Source: Candidatus Multivorans sp.
GTDB taxonomy: Bacteria; Acidobacteriota; Thermoanaerobaculia; Multivoradales; Multivoraceae
Assembly: GCA_965247095.1 (NCBI GenBank)
Contig: OZ251997.1
Coordinates: 1,088,001 to 1,152,000, forward strand
Reading direction: 5' to 3'
Length of the DNA stretch: 64,000 nucleotides
Numbering within the stretch: position 1 is the stretch's first letter; the number at the start of each line of letters is the position of its first letter. This document shows, piece by piece, positions 58,545 to 64,000 of this stretch. The translations under genes were made by a program, and so were the position numbers. Under the pieces are notes generated by a model. That model saw nothing but the letters and a program-made list of their open reading frames with translations, did not search any database and was not told the DNA's origin.

Positions 58545-58964
58545 CTGCGATCCGATCGCCAGCGTGCCGCTCATCTCGATCCTGCCGTTGCAGACCCCGC
58601 CCTCGGCGATCGATACCAGCGGTGCGGCCAGATCCCCCTCGATCGATCCGGAAGGAGCTACCTCGATCTTCTCCGTTGCCCGGACATTGCCCTTCACCTT
58701 GCCGGAGACCTGAACCGAGTGGGCAGTGACATCGCCCTGGATCCGGCCGCGGCGACCGAGAACGAACCGCCCCTTGAGTTCGACGCACCCATCCAGAGCA
58801 CCGTCGACCAGAACCTCCGTTTCGCCGGAGATGCTGCCCTCGATGCGGGAGCCGGCCGCGACGTAGGTACGGGCCGGGCCGGCCGAAGTCGACCTCACCT
58901 CACCGGGGGGCGTCAGTGCGGCCTCCGCCGTCGACTCGTCTGGATCCTTCTTGAAGAACGCCAT
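58536..58964 (-). CDS. Bactofilin (polymer-forming cytoskeletal protein)
   Basis: Beta-helix repeats IEGSI, VDGALDG, IQGDV, VKGNV, IEGDL, IAEGGVCNGRIEM. Confidence 0.9.
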   Translation of the reverse strand: MAFFKKDPDESTAEAALTPPGEVRSTSAGPARTYVAAGSRIEGSISGETEVLVDGALDGCVELKGRFVLGRRGRIQGDVTAHSVQVSGKVKGNVRATEKIEVAPSGSIEGDLAAPLVSIAEGGVCNGRIEMSGTLAIGSQSA

Positions 58965-59020
58965 CTACCTTTTCTCCCGATACCGAACTCGGCAGGACTG
59001 AGACCATCTGGACGGGCGGC

Positions 59021-59096
59021 TGGAGCGGGCAACGGGACTCGAACCCGCGACATCCAGCTTGGGAAGCTGGCACTCTACCAACTGAGTTATGCCCGC
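59021..59096 (-). tRNA. tRNA-Gly(CCC)
   Basis: Reverse complement GCGGGCATAACTCAGTTGGTAGAGTG, CCAGC-TTCCCAA-GCTGG, ends TCCA. Confidence 0.96.
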
Positions 59097-59235
59097 AAGA
59101 GCCGCGCGGACCGCCAAGGTAACCCAGCCACTCGCAGACGGTCAAGCTGCTTTGGCAAGAGCCACCTCCTGCACGCGAGCAGCCTTTAGCTATGATGCTT
59201 CGCCGCACCCTTCCGCGCCTCCGTCCGGTCACTTG

Positions 59236-59508
59236 ATGCCTACAAGCTCCCCGCACCGAGACCAGCCCCTCTACTTCTTCCCGGAGCGGCGCGTGACAGG
59301 CGAGGAGCTGGACGTGATGCTCCATGGCGGAAGCAGAGAGGAACGGTGCTACGCCGTCTCCTGCATGCTCCGCTACGCCCAGTGGGAGGACATCTGGGAC
59401 TATGTTTCGCGAGACGAAGTGCGTGATCTGTTCGAGGATCTGGACCTCCCCGAAAGCCTGCGCGCCGCCTGGGCCCGGATGCTGAAGATCGAAACCGTCG
59501 CTACCTGA
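59236..59508 (+). CDS. Small helical hypothetical protein
   Basis: GC3-rich 90-aa ORF filling the intergenic space; LRYAQWEDIWDYVSRDEV...AWARML; TATGAT -10 at 59191. Confidence 0.7.
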   Translation: MPTSSPHRDQPLYFFPERRVTGEELDVMLHGGSREERCYAVSCMLRYAQWEDIWDYVSRDEVRDLFEDLDLPESLRAAWARMLKIETVAT

Positions 59509-59531
59509 GTTCTACCTGAGTTCTACTCGCG

Positions 59532-60536
59532 CTATCGGCGGTCGCCCATCACCAGGCCTCCCAGGCCGCCGAGCACCGAGCCCTCGCCCTTGCTCTTGCC
59601 GCCGCCCTGGGCCGCAGCCGCGAACACCCGGCTCGCGAGGCGACTGAACGGGAGAGACTGGATCCACACCTTGCCCGGTCCGGTCAGATTGGCGAAGAAG
59701 AGCCCCTCGCCCCCGAACAGCGCCGTCTTGATTCCGCTGACCATCTGGATGTCGTAGTCGACCTGGTGCTCGAACGCCACCAGGCAGCCGGTGTCGAGCC
59801 GCAACGTCTCGCCGGCGGCCAGATCCCGTTCGACGACCGTACCGCCGGCATGAACGAAGGCCAGGCCGTCTCCCTCCAGCTTCTGCAGGATGAATCCCTC
59901 GCCGCCGAACAACCCGGCGCCCAGCTTGCGCTGGAACGCGATGCCGACCGACACGCCCTTGGCGGCGCACAGGAACGCGTCCTTCTGGCACAGGATCCTG
60001 TTGTTGTGGGAGGGCAGATCGAGGGGGATGATGCGACCCGGGTAGGGCGATGCGAAGGCGACGTCCCGGCGGGCCCCGCCGCTGTTTCCGAACACCGTCA
60101 TGAACAGGGACTCGCCAGTCAGCACCCGCTTGCCGGCAGACAGCAACTTGTCCATGAAGCCGCCGCCGCCACGCTCGGAACCGTCGCCGAAGATCGTGTT
60201 CATCTCGATGCCGGGGTCCATGTACATGAACGACCCTGCCTCCGCGACACAGGCCTCGCCGGGATCGAGGGTGATCTCGACGAACTGCATCTCCTCGCCC
60301 ACGATGACGTAGTCGATCTCGTCCGCGACGCTCCCGGGCGCACGCGGGATCGAACTCCCAAAGGCCGACGCGAACTGGGGTTCGCTGACCACGGGCGCCC
60401 AGTTGCCCAGGCCCTCCCGGTACACGTGTGCGCTTCGGGAAACGGCGCCGCCACGGATCTTCTCCACGATCTCTTCGGCGAGAAAGGGTCCTTCCTGCTT
60501 GCCGGACGTGGCCAGATACCAGATGCGGTCACTCAT
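59532..60536 (-). CDS. TIGR00266/AIM24-family protein with N-terminal GYF_2 domain
   Basis: [13 protein letters not shown] (GYF_2); [37 protein letters not shown]. Confidence 0.9.
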   Translation of the reverse strand: MSDRIWYLATSGKQEGPFLAEEIVEKIRGGAVSRSAHVYREGLGNWAPVVSEPQFASAFGSSIPRAPGSVADEIDYVIVGEEMQFVEITLDPGEACVAEAGSFMYMDPGIEMNTIFGDGSERGGGGFMDKLLSAGKRVLTGESLFMTVFGNSGGARRDVAFASPYPGRIIPLDLPSHNNRILCQKDAFLCAAKGVSVGIAFQRKLGAGLFGGEGFILQKLEGDGLAFVHAGGTVVERDLAAGETLRLDTGCLVAFEHQVDYDIQMVSGIKTALFGGEGLFFANLTGPGKVWIQSLPFSRLASRVFAAAAQGGGKSKGEGSVLGGLGGLVMGDRR

Positions 60537-60583
60537 CGTCACAACTCCTAAGGCCGGACGGCGCCCCTGTCGGGGCCGGTCAC

Positions 60584-61417
60584 CTATCGTGGGGCGTCGG
60601 GATCGTAGCCTACGATCCGCACCTCGAACACCCACGGCCAGTACTTGCCCGTCAGCAGGAAAGTCCCCGTATCGGGCCGGTAGGCGATTCCGTTCAGCAC
60701 ATCGGCCGCGGCCGCCTCCTCCCTGGTCAACAGACCCGACGCGTCGATGACGGCGACCACCGAGCCGGAAGCGGATTCGATCACGGCAATCTCGTCGCTC
60801 CCGTAGAGGTTCGCGAAGAGGAGATCGTCAACCAGTTCGAGCTCGTTCAGGTCGGGAAGCGGCATGCCCTGCGTTGTCACCCGCAGCCGCCGGCGCACCT
60901 CTAGAGTACGGGGATCGCGGAGGGTCAGAACCGGTGTGCCGTCGCTCATGATCAGGTCGGAACCGTCGTAGGCCAGTCCCCAGCCCTCACCGTCGTATCG
61001 GATTCGACTCTGCTCCCGCAGTGGGTCGAGCGACCAGATGAGCGCCTCGCCCCGCCGCCAGGTGAGCTGAACGAGCCGCTCGCCGGCATCCGGCACGAGG
61101 GTGATGCCCTCTCCGAACAGTCTCTGGTCCAGGTCCACCCGCGCCAGTTCCTCGCCGTCGCTCCAGCGCCACGCGCGCAGGCTGGAGGCGCCGTACGAGC
61201 CGGTGCTCTCATACACCACGCCTTCGCGCCACAGCAGTCCCTGCGTGTAGGCCTTGAGGTCGTGCGGACGCCGGTCCAGTACTTCGATCCGCCAGAGCTC
61301 GGGCGGCCGCGCCGCCTGCGTACCGGTCCCCCCCGTCACGAAACCGCTCGACTCCGCCGGCGTGCACCCGGCCGCCGGGCAAAGGGAGAGGGCTAGAGCC
61401 AGGCAGCAGCCGCGCAT
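60584..61417 (-). CDS. Glutaminyl-peptide cyclotransferase
   Basis: [56 protein letters not shown]. Confidence 0.93.
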   Translation of the reverse strand: MRGCCLALALSLCPAAGCTPAESSGFVTGGTGTQAARPPELWRIEVLDRRPHDLKAYTQGLLWREGVVYESTGSYGASSLRAWRWSDGEELARVDLDQRLFGEGITLVPDAGERLVQLTWRRGEALIWSLDPLREQSRIRYDGEGWGLAYDGSDLIMSDGTPVLTLRDPRTLEVRRRLRVTTQGMPLPDLNELELVDDLLFANLYGSDEIAVIESASGSVVAVIDASGLLTREEAAAADVLNGIAYRPDTGTFLLTGKYWPWVFEVRIVGYDPDAPR

Positions 61418-61505
61418 CCGGGACACGCTACCAGCCCATTTTCCGAAGTCCCGCGGGGCCCGCCCCTTGACCGTTGTCCACGAGGTTGGAAGAGTGGCGC
61501 ACGCC

Positions 61506-63095
61506 ATGAACGCCTCCTTCGTCCGCAGAATCTCCCTGGTCGCCGCCGGCGCGCTGCTCGCGGCTGCCTGGTTCGCGTTCGCGCAGCCGGCCGCCGACGC
61601 GCCGCTAACCAGTCCGCGCGAGACGATGCGCGTCTTCCTCGAGGCGTTCGCGACCGAAGACGGCCGCCCGGACCTGGATGCCGCGGCAGCCTGCCTGGAC
61701 CTCGGCGACCTTCCCTTCCCCGTCCGCGCCCGGCAGGGCCGGAACCTGGCGAACGAGCTGAAACACGTGATCGACCGGCTCGAGCTCGTGGAGTTCGACG
61801 CCATCCCGGAAGACGGCGAGCTCGAAGGGTGGGTGTTCAGCGACGAACTGTCGGCGCCGATCGTCCTGGCGCCGGACAGTGAAGGCCGCTGGCTGTTCAA
61901 CCGGGCAACGGTCGCCGCAATCGGGGCCCTGTACCAGGAAGTGCGTGAGCGCACCGTGGTCGAGGGCGTCGAGGAAGCTCCGGTCACCGCCACGATGTGG
62001 CTTCGGGACCGCATTCCGGAGTCCCTTGGCACCGGCGGCTTCATCCTCTACCCGTGGCAGTGGCTGGCCCTGCCGCTCCTGCTCCTGCTCGGCCTCCTGA
62101 TCGACCGGATCGTCGTCTGGACCGCCTACGGCCTGCTCGCGAAGCCCCTGAGCGGCCGCTACGAGAACCTCGACCTGGCCGGAGCGCGCCGCATTCTGCG
62201 GCCCACCGGCCTGCTGGGTCTGGCCGCGGCGTGGTGGCTGGGAATCCAATGGTTGGGCTTGGCCCCACAGGTCGACGCCTGGCTCGATACGACCCTCCTC
62301 GTGCTCCTGCTGCTGGCTCTGGGCCGAGCCGCCTTCGCCCAGATCGACCTTCTGGGAACGGCCCTGCGGGCTCGCGCCGCCAGGAGCGAGAACCGGTTCC
62401 AGGACCAGTTGGTTCCATTTGTCACGAAGACCCTGAAGCTGGCAGCCGGAATCTTCGGCGCCGTCTTTCTGATCGCCCGGCTGGGCGGAGACGTCACCGC
62501 GCTGCTCGCCGGCCTGGGCCTGAGCGGATTGGCCGTGGCGCTCGCGGCACAAGACCTGCTCAAGAACATCTTCGGCTCGATCACGGTGCTCCTCGACCGC
62601 CCGTTCCGGGTCGGCGACTGGATCAAGATCGGCGATGTCGAGGGGGTGGTCGAAGAGGTGGGCTTCCGGAGCACCCGCGTCCGCACCTTCTACGCCTCCC
62701 TGATCACCCTGCCCAACGCCCGCCTGATCGACGCCTCAGTCGACAACTACGGCGCCAGACGCTTCCGGCGCTGGAGCACCCACATCCAGATCACCTACGA
62801 CACGCCGCCAGCCAGCGTCGACGCGTTCTGCGAGGGCATCCGGCAGCTCGTGCGCGACAACGAATCGATGCGGCAGGACGCGTTCGAGATCCACCTGAAC
62901 GAGTTCGGCCCCCACGCGCTCGAGATCATGCTCTACGTCTTCTTCCTGGCGCCGGACTGGAGTACCGAGTTGCGGCGCCGCCACGATCTGGCCCTGGACA
63001 TCCTGCGTCTCGCGGACCGCCTGGGCGTCCGGATCGCCTTCCCCACCCAGACGATTCAGTTGGCGCCGTCGCCTCGGGAAGACTCGGAAGTCTGA
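61506..63095 (+). CDS. MscS-family mechanosensitive channel with periplasmic N-terminal domain
   Basis: SPRETM, LAGLGLSGLAVALAAQD, DRPFRVGDWI, VGFRSTRVRT, IAFPTQT. Confidence 0.92.
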   Translation: MNASFVRRISLVAAGALLAAAWFAFAQPAADAPLTSPRETMRVFLEAFATEDGRPDLDAAAACLDLGDLPFPVRARQGRNLANELKHVIDRLELVEFDAIPEDGELEGWVFSDELSAPIVLAPDSEGRWLFNRATVAAIGALYQEVRERTVVEGVEEAPVTATMWLRDRIPESLGTGGFILYPWQWLALPLLLLLGLLIDRIVVWTAYGLLAKPLSGRYENLDLAGARRILRPTGLLGLAAAWWLGIQWLGLAPQVDAWLDTTLLVLLLLALGRAAFAQIDLLGTALRARAARSENRFQDQLVPFVTKTLKLAAGIFGAVFLIARLGGDVTALLAGLGLSGLAVALAAQDLLKNIFGSITVLLDRPFRVGDWIKIGDVEGVVEEVGFRSTRVRTFYASLITLPNARLIDASVDNYGARRFRRWSTHIQITYDTPPASVDAFCEGIRQLVRDNESMRQDAFEIHLNEFGPHALEIMLYVFFLAPDWSTELRRRHDLALDILRLADRLGVRIAFPTQTIQLAPSPREDSEV

Positions 63096-64000
63096 ACGGC
63101 GGGCAGGACGATTCGCACCGAGAGTCCTCCCTCGGCCCTCCTTGTGGCCGTAATCGTGCCGCCGTGTTCCTCCACGATGCGCCGGGCGATAGGAAGACCC
63201 AGGCCCGTACCGCCACTCGAGGTCGAGAAGTAGGGCTCGAAGATGCGTTCCAGGTCGGTGTCCGAGACACCCCGGCCTCTGTCATCCACGGTGACGCCGA
63301 GCGCGCCGTCCCCGTCGGCCGGCGCCACGGTGACCCGGACCTCGCCTCCGCCCGCACTCGCGCTGAGGGCGTTCTCGAGCAGGTTGCGGACCGCACGCTG
63401 CACCAGCCGCCGATCGAAGGGAAGCTGCGCCGCCTCCGCGTCCACCTCCGACTCGAAGATCACGTTCACACCGTCCGGCGGGGGGTGGCGATAGCCGTCC
63501 ACAACCTCACGAACCGCAGCAGCCAGGTCCCCGGGCGCCAGCCGGGCCAGGGGAATTCTGCTGTAGGTCGAAAACTCGCCGGCCGTGTGCGCCAGTTCGT
63601 CAACCTGAACCAGGATGTTGTCGGTGCAGCGCTCGAAGATCTCGTCCAGCCGCTCCGGGGCATCACGCCACACCTGCCGCAGATGCTCGGTCGAGAGGCG
63701 GATCGGGGTCAGCGGGTTCTTCACTTCGTGGGCGATCAGCCGCGCCATCTCGGCCCAGGCCTCCAGACGCTGTGCCGCCTCCTCCCGGGCGCGGGTCGAG
63801 GCGATCCGGGCCGCCATGCCGTCGATGGCAGCGGCAAGCGTCTTCAGCTCCGTCTCCTGCGGCTCGAAGCCGAGTGAGGCCGCGCCGCCGGCGATCCGGC
63901 CGGCGCCGTCGATCATTCGCATCAGCGGACGGGTGAACCCGCGCGCGAGGCGAGCACCGACGGTGACCAGCAACAGCACCAGTGCCGTCGTGATGACCAG
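63056..64000 (-). CDS. NtrY-like HAMP sensor histidine kinase (partial, 5' end outside the window)
   Basis: AWAEMARLIAHEVKNPLTPI, NLLENA, DRGRG, FEPYFST, GTGLGL. Confidence 0.92.
   Translation of the reverse strand: MVITTALVLLLVTVGARLARGFTRPLMRMIDGAGRIAGGAASLGFEPQETELKTLAAAIDGMAARIASTRAREEAAQRLEAWAEMARLIAHEVKNPLTPIRLSTEHLRQVWRDAPERLDEIFERCTDNILVQVDELAHTAGEFSTYSRIPLARLAPGDLAAAVREVVDGYRHPPPDGVNVIFESEVDAEAAQLPFDRRLVQRAVRNLLENALSASAGGGEVRVTVAPADGDGALGVTVDDRGRGVSDTDLERIFEPYFSTSSGGTGLGLPIARRIVEEHGGTITATRRAEGGLSVRIVLPAVQTSESSRGDGAN

Overview
High-GC bacterial chromosome segment made almost entirely of housekeeping genes. The gene set (fused LptF-LptG, long LptC/LptA fusion, CarD, miaB-BFN-parB neighbourhood) is compatible with Acidobacteriota, but that is inference. 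It contains ahcY, a LysM lytic transglycosylase, der, ribH-nusB-lptE, rpsT, the tol-pal operon, etfBA, metK, lptFG, and a ~17 kb minus-strand run (carD, priA, recJ, lptC/A, lptB, rpoN, Ntr-type PTS genes, miaB, BFN, parB). It continues with tolC, purC, alr, dnaB, feoAB, cysS, def, a FecR/DUF6600-like protein, lspA, rluD, bactofilin, a glutaminyl cyclase, mscS and a partial histidine kinase, plus seven tRNAs. I saw no transposase, integrase, prophage or CRISPR-cas. The most notable signals are mostly non-coding: (1) a 28-bp XerCD dif site at 22282-22309 directly downstream of an orphan ParB; (2) three 88-90 bp tandem repeats built from the 3' half of tRNA-Leu(CAA), each with an antisense-to-tRNA hairpin; (3) a ~158-nt structured RNA candidate upstream of def, back-to-back with a sigma54 promoter; (4) a sigma54 promoter in front of rpoN itself; (5) probable non-canonical starts (ATT for merR, CTG for alr) and several apparently leaderless genes; (6) a VNTR in the lptE promoter and a frameshifted amidohydrolase. 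All calls were made by eye, without database searches.
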